A stretch of DNA of 63,829 nucleotides, the filler included, from Perkinsus chesapeaki ATCC PRA-425 (Eukaryota; Protista; Perkinsozoa), in assembly GCA_013115145.1 (NCBI GenBank). It is 15 parts of 15 records of this genome, joined end to end, with 100 filler letters (N's around TTAATTAATTAA, not from the genome) between each part and the next. Parts side by side here need not be neighbours in the genome. Positions count along the whole stretch, not along the records: positions 50,398 to 54,613 come from JAAPAO010001296.1; positions 54,714 to 57,778 come from JAAPAO010001469.1; positions 57,879 to 61,254 come from JAAPAO010001418.1; positions 61,355 to 62,600 come from JAAPAO010002082.1; 11 more parts are not named here. The stretch is one strand, 5' to 3'. This document shows positions 50,298 to 62,600 of the stretch, piece after piece (the stretch's first letter is position 1; each line of letters opens with the position of its first letter). The notes under the pieces were generated by a model. That model was not told the DNA's origin. It saw only the letters and a program-made list of their open reading frames with translations, and did not search any database. The translations under genes and the position numbers were made by a program.

Positions 50298-51560
50298 NNN
50301 NNNNNNNNNNNNNNNNNNNNNNNNNNNNNNNNNNNNNNNNNTTAATTAATTAANNNNNNNNNNNNNNNNNNNNNNNNNNNNNNNNNNNNNNNNNNNNCCT
50401 ATGGTACGTAGCCCCTCCCTGGGGCGAAGTTTAAAGTTCCAGGGACCTACGGAACCTCATCCTATGATATTGTGCCACGACCGGTCGTGCTTGACTTGCT
50501 GTCGGGACGGTGGTATCGTATATTACCCCGAAAGATATGGTTATTATTCTCACCCTCCAGACGGTTGTTTAAGGGCCGAAGTCTGTGATCTGGAGGTGAT
50601 TGGTTTAAGGGTATGTCGAACACCGGTGAACACAGACACCCCAAGTTATGGTATGGGTCATGGTGCTAAAGATGACTACGGCGATGTTTACGAGGTGACC
50701 CACGGTATTATTGAAAACTGCAACCCGGTACTATCAACGGTTTCTACGAGACCATTACTCTGTCATACTGTTACTAAGGGACAAGGAGGTAGCTCCTCTA
50801 GCTCCTCTAATTCGACTCATGGGATGCGATTACTTTAAAATGCGATTAACATACGATTAACAACGATTTTACATCTAAATTATTTTCAAATGCGATTACA
50901 TATCCTAACCCATTTCGCTCTATTCATATAATCCCAATACACTCACATATTCATCTGTGAATAATTCATAGAATTCTGGAAAATGCTTGAGAATCGAACT
51001 ATTTAGTAAATAACTTAGAATATATCTTAATATTAGTTAATACGAAGTTGATATATCGATATATCTAGCTTCGAATATTCTTATGTTTTTGAACCTATAT
51101 ATACACCCAAAATTTTCTTATGATTCGAATCCATCTATCCGATTTCAATCTCATCCAATTGTTTCAGTATATCAAAACATTCTAAATATATTTGCATATT
51201 TCAATGTACTCCTTATTTCAACCTAATAATCCAATTTTGACATGAACCAATCATTTTGAGTAACAATGAATGTCAAAGTGACATAATAATATAATTTCAA
51301 ACATTTTAATCAGTTCCGCATATTCATGTTTTCTAATCTATGTATACAATCCCGAAACATATTCGAATACTTCCAATACATATGCTCCTCTCATTTCCAC
51401 AGATTGATACAATACCAATTCTTTTATCGAATTATTCGATTCGAATCCCGATATAACACAACATAGATGTCACATAAATTATGTGACATAATCATGATCT
51501 CAACTAGGAATAAATGTTAAATTATACTATAAGTTAGAACATACCCTCCAAACTCGTGGG

Positions 51561-52598
51561 TTGCCCATCAACCGTAAACCTCCGTTTATTACCTTTCCAT
51601 TTTTAAAGAAAGTTCCATTTTCAGATCGCCCAGCTGAGCTGACCGGCGCGGAAGAGGATGCGGTGGAATCCTTCATGTCAGAATTTGGCTCCTATTTAAA
51701 CGAAGATCACTGGCGAAGCCGTTGGGGAACCTACGCAGCAGAGAGAAGTGGCCCTCGTATCAACAATGCTGTTGAAAAGTTCAATCGGGGTATAAAGGAC
51801 GAGGCAATCAACTCGGTGTTGACGATGAGCAAATTGAGATCGATTTAGGTAACTGACAACCGGCAAAGGAGGACATTGCACGAGTTCGCGGCCTACCTTG
51901 GTGACCGTGCAGCTTGGGCGAAGCTCTCTCGATATGGGCACTCAACTAATAAGGGGACCATCTCTGCTGCGCATCGGAAAAAAGCTGCAGCTCTGCTCGC
52001 CAATGAGATGCGTTGCCAAGTGCCAAGGACCTGGAAACAAGCTACGGAAGGCTCCGTGGCATCACAAGACGTCTGGATATTTGTTAAAGATTCTAATAGT
52101 CGGTTGCCAAATGGAAACTCTCTAAGAGATTGCCTACATTGTGATAGAGAATATAGCGAATCTGCTAAGAGGTTCATCGAAGCACGATATTATTCATTCG
52201 AAGATGCCCGGCAACTCCATAATACCTTCTGCTTAGTATCATACCCGCGGCGCAATCGGGCAGAAGCATATTGTACATGTGATAATTGGGGGAAGTCGTT
52301 GATGTGCGAGCATGTAACGGCCATCGCACGTACCTACAAAGAAGATAATAGTCCGGAGGCGGTGGAGCAATGGAGTATCTTCAGAGCCTATTTTCGAGGA
52401 GCGAAGAAGAATCGAGGGAAGAGTGGGCGGTTTGATGACGGCATACTACCTCCCAATGTACGATATGGTCTTGGTCCCTCTGTAGCTCCGGCCGATAGCA
52501 GAAACGATTCAAGGAAGCGTGGACACTCCAAAGCCAGAAGGTCTTCTCGCAATTCAGCATCCGCGCCATCCAAGCGGCGCAAAACAGGGCATGTGTGA
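51561..52598 (+). mobile_element. MULE transposase C-terminal part with SWIM finger
   Basis: INNAVEKFNRGIK (MULE catalytic-Glu motif) and YCTCDNWGKSLMCEH (CxC-x7-CxH SWIM); the two ORFs are in one frame separated by TAG at 51846-51848. Confidence 0.75.
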
Positions 52599-52753
52599 AA
52601 CGATACGTGCTTCTCGTGGTCGCTGTTCTTGTTGGCCTTCGTATTACCAATACGGTATTATTACTATTACTACCTGATAAAACTCTTTTGCCAATTATCC
52701 GAACTGAACGTTGAGTTATCTAAGCGCGGCTTTCAATATACTGATTAATCATC

Positions 52754-52802
52754 AGTATAGAATTATTCGTATCATCAGTGATGATACGAATAATTCTATA
52801 CT
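52754..52802. repeat. Perfect inverted repeat, 24-bp arms, 1-nt centre
   Basis: AGTATAGAATTATTCGTATCATCA-G-TGATGATACGAATAATTCTATACT. Confidence 0.97.
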
Positions 52803-53970
52803 ATAGTGCAGTATCAACGTCGAAGTAATACTATGAATCGTATTATATAGTATCATCTCAATCCCCACAACCTTACAATTATCTTTAGAATAAAAGTTTA
52901 AATATATTTGCTCGCTAGAAACAATATTCATAAGACGTACTACGTCTGACGTAGTCTGTAGGGCTTCTATAGGCATCTACAATGGAATGTTATCAACACC
53001 ATTGATCCGGTGAAATCAACAATCCAAGTCTAAACTACGCCTTACTGCCAGTAAGTTACTGGTATTGACTGTCTGAGACTCAACTCTGACGCAGACTCTG
53101 AGTCATATTCGGACTGAGTCCGTGTTGTACGTCATCGAGCACTGTATTCAAGTTGCGTAATACGTCCCGAATCGCAACACAATCGCACGAACTCCCGCTA
53201 GCCCAACACTGCCCCACCCAAGTACCATAACTCTATGCACTCCATAACGGAAGATCTCCAGGAGAGCGGATTAGGGCACTGGTATGGAGTCTGACTGAGA
53301 GGGCAAACCGGCGCCATCGACGACAGTCCGAGAGCTTCGGCAGCGGAGGATGACTACAGGGTGTAGTCTACAACTACTTCAGAAGTAATTCAGAAGTAGA
53401 CTTCAGCTTACTTCAGAAGTAAACTCTCTGCGGTTGTTACATATGAAAGCTGTATTATTGCTGCCCGCAACGCTAACTGTATGAGCCTTTCACATTGAAT
53501 GTTCAGAATGAATTATTTAACAAACCTAACCCAATTCGATAACTCGTTCTAGGAGCTTTCTAATTCATTCAATAAACTGATCAATCTGATTGAATTTCTT
53601 GGAGTAAACAATGTGTACTATGGTAGAGTACGCGAAGATTTTCTACTTGGTAGGCTCAGACCCTCCACGAGTGATGGACCATAACGGAGGCCCTCTGTCA
53701 GAAGGGATGCTTTATCATGGGGGCTCGTATATACATGCAGCCCTTGAAGCGAATGCTCCGTTCTGAACTCCGCCTGAGTACGAAAACTGCAGTCTGCACT
53801 GCAGACTCTGCAGTCGAAACTTTTCACTCAAAACTCAATCTCGAAGTGAGCTACTGAAACTCGGATACGGCTCAAATCATTCAGTGACCTCGGAAATTCC
53901 GAGTCGGAATGGACACTTTTTTCCGGACACCCAAGCTAAATCAAAAAAGGACGAGCCAATAAAATGTCAG

Positions 53971-54015
53971 AAAAAGCATGGATGCCGGAATCGAACCTGT
54001 GCCCTCCTGCCAAAT
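53971..54015 (-). pseudogene. tRNA-Gly-like 3-prime half followed by T5
   Basis: Minus strand GGCAGGAGGGCACAGGTTCGATTCCGGCATCCATGCTTTTT resembles the eukaryotic tRNA-Gly 3-prime end; no intact 5-prime half seen. Confidence 0.45.
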
Positions 54016-54713
54016 GCATGATCGGAATGTATCGTGTAAAACTCGGATACAGTGGGTATTAGGGACTGGCCGGCTACGGCCTACTACCTAGCTCATGATC
54101 ACACCCTACGGCAGTAAAAAGCGGGCCGAAGGCCCGCGTTGGAACTCTGGCAGGCGTCATTTACAGGCGCGCATACATTCGGACCGAAAGCTGCATACCT
54201 TCGGCCCGCCCAGCTACATTCTTGCAAGTGGAAAACCCTGATAAAAACGGTCAAGTACCGGATTCTAATAAGAGGTCTAGTGCATCATCAAGCAGGTTAA
54301 GGTCCGAAAGGACTGTTGGTGAAGGCACACCTCAAAAGATTACGGCGGGCGATAAGGATGACGAGGTTCCCCCCAAGTCATTTGAATCTCCTGCGACTAT
54401 TCCCCTTGGGCCCCAAGGCTTGGGGACGCTCAAGGAGATGGTAAATTAATTACTCATCAAGGCGTTGACAAGGAGCCCAGCTATAAGGACTCTAAGGATG
54501 TGATTGAAGGTCAACGCGGGCAACATGGATTCCACAACTGCGATGGTCGCAGATCTAAGGATCTTGAGTCTAAGGGTGGCGGAGATGACACTAATGAGAG
54601 GCTTAGGTCCAGANNNNNNNNNNNNNNNNNNNNNNNNNNNNNNNNNNNNNNNNNNNNTTAATTAATTAANNNNNNNNNNNNNNNNNNNNNNNNNNNNNNN
54701 NNNNNNNNNNNNN

Positions 54714-57700
54714 CTTGGAAGGTGTCTTATCGACCCTGAGTGCAAACTCGGTTATGAGGCATACAAGCTCGCCCTTTACGCCTTCCTTGATAACGGTGCC
54801 ACCCTTCCGGATGCCTTTTCGGACTTAATCTCTGGTCAACCCCGTCAACAAGGCCCTGGTAAAGCTGGTAGCAGAAAGATCGATCACTCCCAAATCATCT
54901 CCATTTGTGCATTGGCTACCAAGGAGCTCGGTATTCCACCTGAGAATTGTCTTCGATGTGGCCTACCTTCCCATCAAGCAAGTTCTTGTCGCAATAGCCA
55001 TATCTTCAAGCAAAACCAACGATGTGGTAGATGCGGGCGGCTACGTGAAGGCGACAACCACCGATGTGCTCACAAGAGTTTTAAGTGCGGGAGATGCAAG
55101 CGCACTGGTCACCTCAGCGGCGTCTGTCGTAAAGTTATTACTGGTGACAGTAACGCCTCTACTGCTAACGTCAGTTCGACCGACCCCGATGCCCCTGAGG
55201 CTCTTAAGATCATCCACAACAACGTCGCTTGCGCATCTTCCCAAGCTGCTCTATACGAGGCTATTGGTTCCCTTCCCGCTGATCCCGTTGTGCATCTGCA
55301 GGTCGGCCACACTGCCCCCAAGACCTACTGTCCCATCAAAGGACTGGTTGACAGCGGCGCAAACGCTTCCTTGCTGAGCACTGCTACTGTCAACTTCTTG
55401 CTGGCCAACTACCTGCTCAAGCCTTCGGATGTTAAGGCCCTTCCACAGCCTGTGTCTGTTACCTTCGGTAACGATCAGGCTCTTCCGGCCGACTCTGTCG
55501 CCAAGGTCCCTTGCTACCTTGGGTCTACTGGCACTGTCGCCATATCTTTCCTCGTCGTCGATGGCTGCCGCCCACATTGTCTGGTTGGTCGCAACATGTT
55601 CCCTCTTCTAGGCATTCGCCTGGTCTCTGACAAAGGTGTGAGCATCGACTGCAACACGGCCACCACCAATGTGACTTCATCGACGACCACTACTACCACT
55701 CCTCAGACACTCTGTGCCCGCTCTGAAGCTGCTCTCACTCCGCTAGTAGAAGTCTTTACCGATGACATCGACTCCGGCCGGAGACGATTACGCGCAAGGC
55801 TACCAGCGGTCGAAGATGCTGCCATCCACCCCTATAGAGCACCAGCACGCAAGAGGAGCATTGTTGACCAGTCTATCATTCACCACCGTCTTCTTCGTAT
55901 GGCCGAAGAAGGCAAGGTGAAGCAGTCCGCCCCTGAGAACTGCGTCTGTATCTTCCAGCCTGTCCTTGTCGATAAGCTCGACTCCGGTGATGGTACTGGT
56001 CCCAAGCGTGTCTATCCATCAGAAGATCTTCATCGGCGATATCGTATCACTACTGACATTCGGCCGCTCAATCACCTCTCACTACGAACGGATAGTCAAG
56101 GCCGCTTCGTCTACTATCCTCAATCAGCAGTGCGAGATCTNNNNNNNNNNNNNNNNNNNNNNNNNNNNNNNNNNNNNNNNNNNNNNNNNNNNNNNNNNNN
56201 NNNNNNNNNNNNNNNNNNNNNNNNNNNNNNNNNNNNNGATGCTCTATCCTCTTCGTCCAGGATGACATCCTGCTCGGTTGCCCTACCAAGGCTGATGCTG
56301 TGGATGCCCTTTCCATAGTCACGAAGGTTCTCAATGCGCACTGTTTCACCACCAACCCCCTCAAGACTACTGGTCCCACTTCGGTGACACCCTTCTGTGG
56401 TCTCATCATTGAGTCCGGCGGACGCTATCGGCCACATCCGTCTAAGCGTGTTTTCACCGATGCCTCCTATGGTCTGGCGTGGAAAGAGTTCGTCGATGGC
56501 ACTTTCAAACCCAAGCGGAAGCGAGGTGCGAAAAAGGCCATTCTACCACTCAACTCTAAAGTTTCCTCACGGCTGTCATGGTTGAAATCGTGGTCTGGCA
56601 CCTTTAACTACTTCCTCGGTCATCTCGGTAAACAAGAGCTTGACGCACTTCACGCACTCGGTGACGTCTCTAAGCAGCTCCAAGAACCGAACATTGCCGA
56701 TGACGAGATTGAGGCCCAGACTCCGGTTGTGCAGGCTGCCTTCAAAGTTCTCTTTGACTATTACTTGAGTGGCATTCCTGCAATGCTCGCGGCTCGTGAC
56801 GATGCGGCTATCGGTACCATCATCCTCAGTGACGCCAACTGCCATGGATGGTCGGCTGTCATCTTGAGAGTTACTCTTGATAATTCCTACAGCAACATTG
56901 ACACTGACACCGAGGAAACTACCTTTCGCTGCCAGATCCCTGATCTGCAGCAATTCTTTCCAGGCACTACCGGTTCGCTGAAGGCTCTGCCACTCCGACT
57001 TTTGGGTGGCAAATGGCCCCCTCGTACAGCTTCGTCCCGTAGTTCGACTTGGAAAGAGCGTGCTGCTATTCTCCTAGCTGTTGATGAGTGTATCGGTCTA
57101 CTAGAAGGTCGAGTTGTTGTCATCGTCGACAACCAGAACGTCCAGAAGGAATGGCGCAGTTTCGCCAATGACTTCACTGGCCCCTTTCTACACCGATGGC
57201 AACAGTTTCTTCAGGTGGTTCACGATGTCCGCTGGTCCCCTCGAGACACCTCGCCAGTATGGCCGGATGCCTTAGCCCGAGCCATCTCTGATAATGGGGA
57301 GGAGAGAGAGGACAGCGACATTATAGACCATTCTGATACGGTTGTACGCTGTCAGGCCGCTACTGCCGATGATGATGCTCCAGAAGATGCTGTGTCCGAT
57401 GTCTCCAACGTGACAGATGGACTTGATCCCGACGCAGCACTAAGACACGTCATCCCTGTCCAGCTACTACGACGCTCTTTCGATGCCTGGCGTGGACGAA
57501 CTACTTTCCAGGAAATCGCCACTATTCCTGTGAATCCAGTTGCGGCCCGCGCTTGGCTCAAAGATGCTCAGGCTAACGACTCTACTTGTCGACGACTTGC
57601 CCAGCTGCCCCACTCTCAGTTTACTACTGACGGAAATGGGATACTCCGATATGGCCATCGATATGTCATGCCTCAGAAGTTTGCCTGCTCTATCATCGAG

Positions 57701-57778
57701 GACGTTCATATATTTCTTGGACATTCCCCTATCAAGCAAACTCATGATAATATCGTGAAGGCCTTCTATATCCCCGGC
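54714..57778 (+). mobile_element. Ty3/Gypsy retrotransposon gag-PR-RT-RH-IN(N), internal gap, both ends truncated
   Basis: Three CCHC-type knuckles (CLRCGLPSHQASSC, CGRC..H.C, CGRCKRTGHLSGVC), GLVDSGANAS protease, RYRITTDIRPLN and FVQDDILLG RT, SDANCHGW/KERAAI/VDNQNV/PDALAR RNase H, EDVHIFLGH integrase start. Confidence 0.92.
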
Positions 57779-58389
57779 NNNNNNNNNNNNNNNNNNNNNN
57801 NNNNNNNNNNNNNNNNNNNNNNTTAATTAATTAANNNNNNNNNNNNNNNNNNNNNNNNNNNNNNNNNNNNNNNNNNNNATCAACAACGATGCAGATATCA
57901 ACGACAATGCTACGACTACCGGCCCGCGGGCGAATGCAAGCAATCCCCGGCCGAAAAAAATAAAATAAAAAAGGAATAGTCGTCACTTCACACCAGCCAG
58001 TGGTATCCGCAACACCGGCCACCTTAATTAGAATAGCTTCTCAAGGACATCATCATCACTCCCACATCGGACCCGGCCTCATATAACCTTGTAAGAACCT
58101 CACGTCCTCGAGGAACATCTCAACCAGTTCATCTCCATTTTCTCTCATTTCAGACCTCACCATTGCCCTAAGATGGGCTCTTACCGCCCTCATCATATGG
58201 ACATGACAATGTAGGCGAAAAGTGTTATTTGTGGTAACATGTGCAGGCCAGCATAGGTCGGGGGTGAGGTGGTTTCAAACCACTGGTTTGCTTCAATGTC
58301 ACCGTGCACCTATGAACTGTTATATAGTATGAATATCATCTACTATAGGATCATATTGACCAGGTTTGTCATACATATTATATCTATTC

Positions 58390-58525
58390 ATCTATATATC
58401 ATTTTTATATGAATTTATCTATATATCATTTTTATATCAATTTATCTTTATATCATTTTTTATATGAATTTATCAATATATCATTTTTCTATCAATTTAT
58501 CTATATATCATTTTTATATGAATTT
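58390..58525 (+). repeat. AT-rich 27-bp minisatellite, 5 copies
   Basis: ATCTATATATCATTTTTATATGAATTT variants starting at 58390, 58417, 58444, 58472 and 58499. Confidence 0.92.
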
Positions 58526-58526
58526 T

Positions 58527-61254
58527 AATTACCACACTCGGGCGCGTGGGTCTGGTGGGCGTGACTCGTAGAGTCCGTCCAAAGGGCAAGTTGTCACCAG
58601 CCGGTTTAGTGCGATATCTACACTGCACAGGAAACGGTTGTTGACGACGAGCCCTGCACCCGGGAGTGGAGGCATGGGGGCGGAAATGCGATATGCATTA
58701 CGCTATAACATGAACACTGGCCCTACATACTCAGCACAATGCTCTGCACGCACACGCGCACGCACACGTTGCGTGCGATATGCGACCGCACTCGCACAAA
58801 CGGCGACGCGCCACCGCTAAGGAATTTAACGGGGGCTAACAAGTTAGCCTGAATTAAATTACCACACTCGGGCGCGTGGGTCTGGTGGGCGTGACTCGTA
58901 GAGTCCGTCCAAAGGGCAAGTTGTCACCAGCCGGTTTAGTGCGATATCTACACTGCACAGGAAACGGTTGTTGACGACGAGCCCTGCACCCCAACCAGAC
59001 CCCAGGTGAACGGCGCTACCTCGACACTGGTCAACACAACACAGTCTCCGGGAGCAAATGGGGGTCGTCACATGCGGGGGCCTCAGTAATAACCCCGGAT
59101 CATGGCAGCAGCATACTTGTGCTCATGACTCTTCGTCACCCCTCTTAAGTAGCTAGATTCCAGCGCAGTGAGTTGGGACCATCGTCCATATTGGGCGATA
59201 CTGAATGTGCTGATACCAGCAAACCATAGCCACTGTGCTCCGGATCGTCTAAGGCAATGCGTTTCCCACGTTACCTCAGGTTTACCGCTGCTGCTAGTGC
59301 CTTTGATGAACATCTGCACCTTGTGTCGGAATGGCATATACTTAATGCCGGGGAACAGCTGACCACCTTTGGATAGTATCCCCGCAGCGAATCCTTCACA
59401 CATGTAGTTTCAAAGAAAGTGCACTGGGCACAGTATTTCTGTACATGAACGCCGTGTGCCCGCTGTGCTGCACCCGATCCGCAGGACCACGCCCGCCGCA
59501 CACTGATCGCATTTGCTGCGCCTTTACCAGAAGCCGTGCAGTATCCATCCCGCCTATCTTCTCGAAGAAAACTTCATCACATAGTAAGGCCAAACATTCC
59601 CTACTTCTCAGCAAAGCGAACGTGCAAATCAACACAGCTGTACATACCATCCTGTGCGTTTCTACATGCCTAACGACGAGTGATCTTAGTTGTGCCACCG
59701 TGATGGGCTGCTTGCTTCTCCTTAACCTCAGATTTTCCATAACAGCCAGTGGCTGTCAGCCACGTTCCTTGACCGCTATCAACGCACGCTTAACGTGTTC
59801 GGCTTCAAGTCTCGGCAGTTCGTGACCTCCCTCCAAATTCTTCGTTTTTATGCCAGATGTGTACGTCTTCATTGTTGAATATGCATAACCGACCTTATCC
59901 AGAATGTATATGTATGTAATCAACATCTCGCCCGATACGGGATATATCCGTTCCATACTGGTACCGACCCCTAAAATTACATCTCGAAACTGTGGCCTCT
60001 CTCCTGAGCTGTATGTCCTTCGAGAGGAAAGAGCCAGAGCTGCCCTGACCAGATCAGACACCTCACCGCGTATATCACGCCCTTCCTCCACTGCCTTGGG
60101 TAGGAAAGAAATGGCGGCTTGCCGACGCTGGTAGTGGCCGTTGCCTGGCATTCAAAAGTCAGAACAATACATAACGATGTTGAACACAAGGCCATACACA
60201 GCCGGAAAAACAAACAGTTAAGACCGGATTGGTATTATGGTCCTAGGCTTTAGGGATTAGTCAGGAAGCTCCCAGCAGGGGTGGGGATACACTCCACATC
60301 AACTTCAACCTTTTCCCACGCTTCAGGGATACCTTCCAAGCGGCCACGGCATAAACCGTCGGCAATAGTGTTGCTTTCGGACGACACATGCTGCACCGTG
60401 AACACCGTCAGCGTCAGTGAAGCCAGAGTCTGTACAGCCGCCCTAAGCAGACCAGCTAAGGCTGGCTTAGGGGAGTACATCTTCTCTAGGATATGCCTCG
60501 TGACCTCGTTGTCGGTATATAAGACAATGTTATACGTATGCAGATTGCCAAAAAATGCTCTGACCGAACACAGAGACATAGTAGCCGCAAGTAACTCAAA
60601 AGCTACAATATTCTTAGACTCCTCTGGTATCGCGGTGTCCTTAAGTAAACATTTCCAATGACCCAGGCAGTCCAGGTTGATAGGTGTAGAGAAGTACTTG
60701 ATAGAAGTTGGGATGGCATCCTGGTCACTCAGTGCGAAAACACCCCCAAGAGCGGTTAGGGAAGCGTCCACCATGATCGTTAAGGTGCGGGCCTGCAAAC
60801 ACAGGGCTCGGGAAAGACCGCCCACTGGGTGACCAGAGTTCGGTTTCTTCAGAAGTGATAGGAAGAACGAAGAAACAACGGCAACCTCACTATCTGGGGG
60901 ACAGCGACCAATCGGAAGGCCGCGCTTTTCTAGAACTGACTTTAGAGCGTAGAATGGCTGAAAATAAACAGGGAGCCCTCCACTGTCACATAGGAGGCGT
61001 GCGAACTCGGTATCGGGAACACTGTGAATGCATATAGCTTGCAAACTGTATTGAGAATATGCTCAGACTCACTCCCCTGCGGGGGATGTCCAGCTCGTGA
61101 CATGGTTGATAATATCTTCTTGATTGCGGAACGAGCGAAGCGAGCGGAGCTTATATTGCAGTGCGCGGTCGTTCGTGTGCGTCCGTCCGTCCGTCCGTGA
61201 GCAGAAATTCCGGCTCAACCAGAGCGTTTTCCCTGACGAACGATATATCATTTT
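58527..61254 (-). mobile_element. DIRS-order tyrosine-recombinase retrotransposon with split direct repeats (Ngaro/PAT-like), 5-prime truncated
   Basis: RNase H ORF 61044-60250 (MVDASLTALGG, FELLA, YTDN, NTIADGLCRG); YR 60151-59083 with LLRSRE, SKCDQ, CPV, HCLRR, GRWS and SYLR; identical 135-bp repeats at 58527-58661 and 58857-58991. Confidence 0.88.
59083..60151 (-). pseudogene. Disrupted tyrosine recombinase of the DIRS-order element
   Basis: In-frame TGA at 59758-59756 and 59412-59410, and a +1 frameshift near 59521 (LLVK then SKCDQ in another frame). Confidence 0.85.
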
Positions 61255-61354
61255 NNNNNNNNNNNNNNNNNNNNNNNNNNNNNNNNNNNNNNNNNNNNTT
61301 AATTAATTAANNNNNNNNNNNNNNNNNNNNNNNNNNNNNNNNNNNNNNNNNNNN

Positions 61355-62600
61355 CTATTCCACGATGAACTATATGGTAGTCATATGAATGCTAAAGCAA
61401 TGGAAGACCGGCTACGACAAATTGTTCATTGGCCCTATCTACGACAAGATTGTGAATATTATACTACTACATGCCCAATATGCCAAAAAGTAAAGGGAAA
61501 GCTGGATAAGCCCTTACCTCTGAGATCTATATTGCCATCTTATCCTCTGGAAATAGTGGTTATGGATTACCTACAAATAGAGAATATACAACTCCTGGTT
61601 ATGCAAGATATATTTTCAAAATATTTAAGAGTATATATTGCCGATAAAATGGATGGTATTAACACAGCATCACTATTGCTCGATTATATTAGTAATTATG
61701 GCCCTATGACTAAGATTCTAAGCGATAATGCTACGGTTTTCAAATCCCCACCAGTACATCAAGTCCTACGATTCTATAATATCCAACAGCTACATAGCGC
61801 AGCCTATTCCCCATGGTCACATGGACAAATCGAAAAAGCCAACTCTACCATCCTAAATCGACTACGATCACTTCGGCAACAATATGGTTCTCATTATCAC
61901 TGGTTGAGCTATCTACCATTCGTTACAGCTACTTACAACATCACCAAGCACAGCGCCACTGGAATCTCACCTTATGAGGTCTTTTATGGTCGAGCCGCTT
62001 CCCCCTTTTTGGTACAAGGACTTCAACCTCCAGAGCGCCATAATACCCCTGATGAATACCTGAAGCAGACAGAGCATCATAGAGCATATATTCAAGATCA
62101 AGTTACTGATACCCTTATACGACAAGCAGATCTACGTCAACGCCGACAGTTGCCGAGGGCAGAAGAACGAAGGCTTATAGAAGGAGATCTTGTTTTCTGG
62201 CATAGAGGAGCACTGAGGTCGAAGCTTGAGGCTAAATGGTCTGGTCCTTATCGGATAGTGAGATACAAGGACTCTTCTTCGGTGGTGGTTGAAATTCAGG
62301 ACCTGAGGACTAATAAATGCTATTATGCGCATATCAACAGTTTGAGAGGAGCTCGAACGAGAATGCCATCTACAACGCCACCCACAACTACATCGACTAC
62401 AGCGAATAGAAGGCCAACTATATCGACATCGACTACATCGCGAGAGCTACAAATTCCACTAAAGGAGCCGACAATTACACTGCATTACCAAGAACTTCAA
62501 GAGTATGACTCACCTCAACAACGAGATATAGGACAACAGGTTGCACATCAACATGAACAAGAGGAGCCTATTGCTGAGGGCAACGTCAATGGTGGTGGTG
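61355..62600 (+). mobile_element. Ty3/Gypsy integrase with GPY/F module
   Basis: HDELYGSH...CPIC HHCC finger; VMDYL, LSDNAT and GQIEKAN DDE triad; KLEAKWSGPYRI; open across the contig. Confidence 0.93.

Noticed and set aside
50401-50838. 145-aa ORF at contig start
   Set aside because: No family motifs recognised; may be a truncated exon or spurious.
58390-58991. Repeats as a CRISPR array
   Set aside because: No unique spacers, no cas genes, eukaryotic context.
59410-59758. Two in-frame TGA codons as readthrough, selenocysteine or an alternative code
   Set aside because: TGA is a normal terminator for the Cys peptides and the ZFWD gene here, and the same ORF has a frameshift; decay is simpler.
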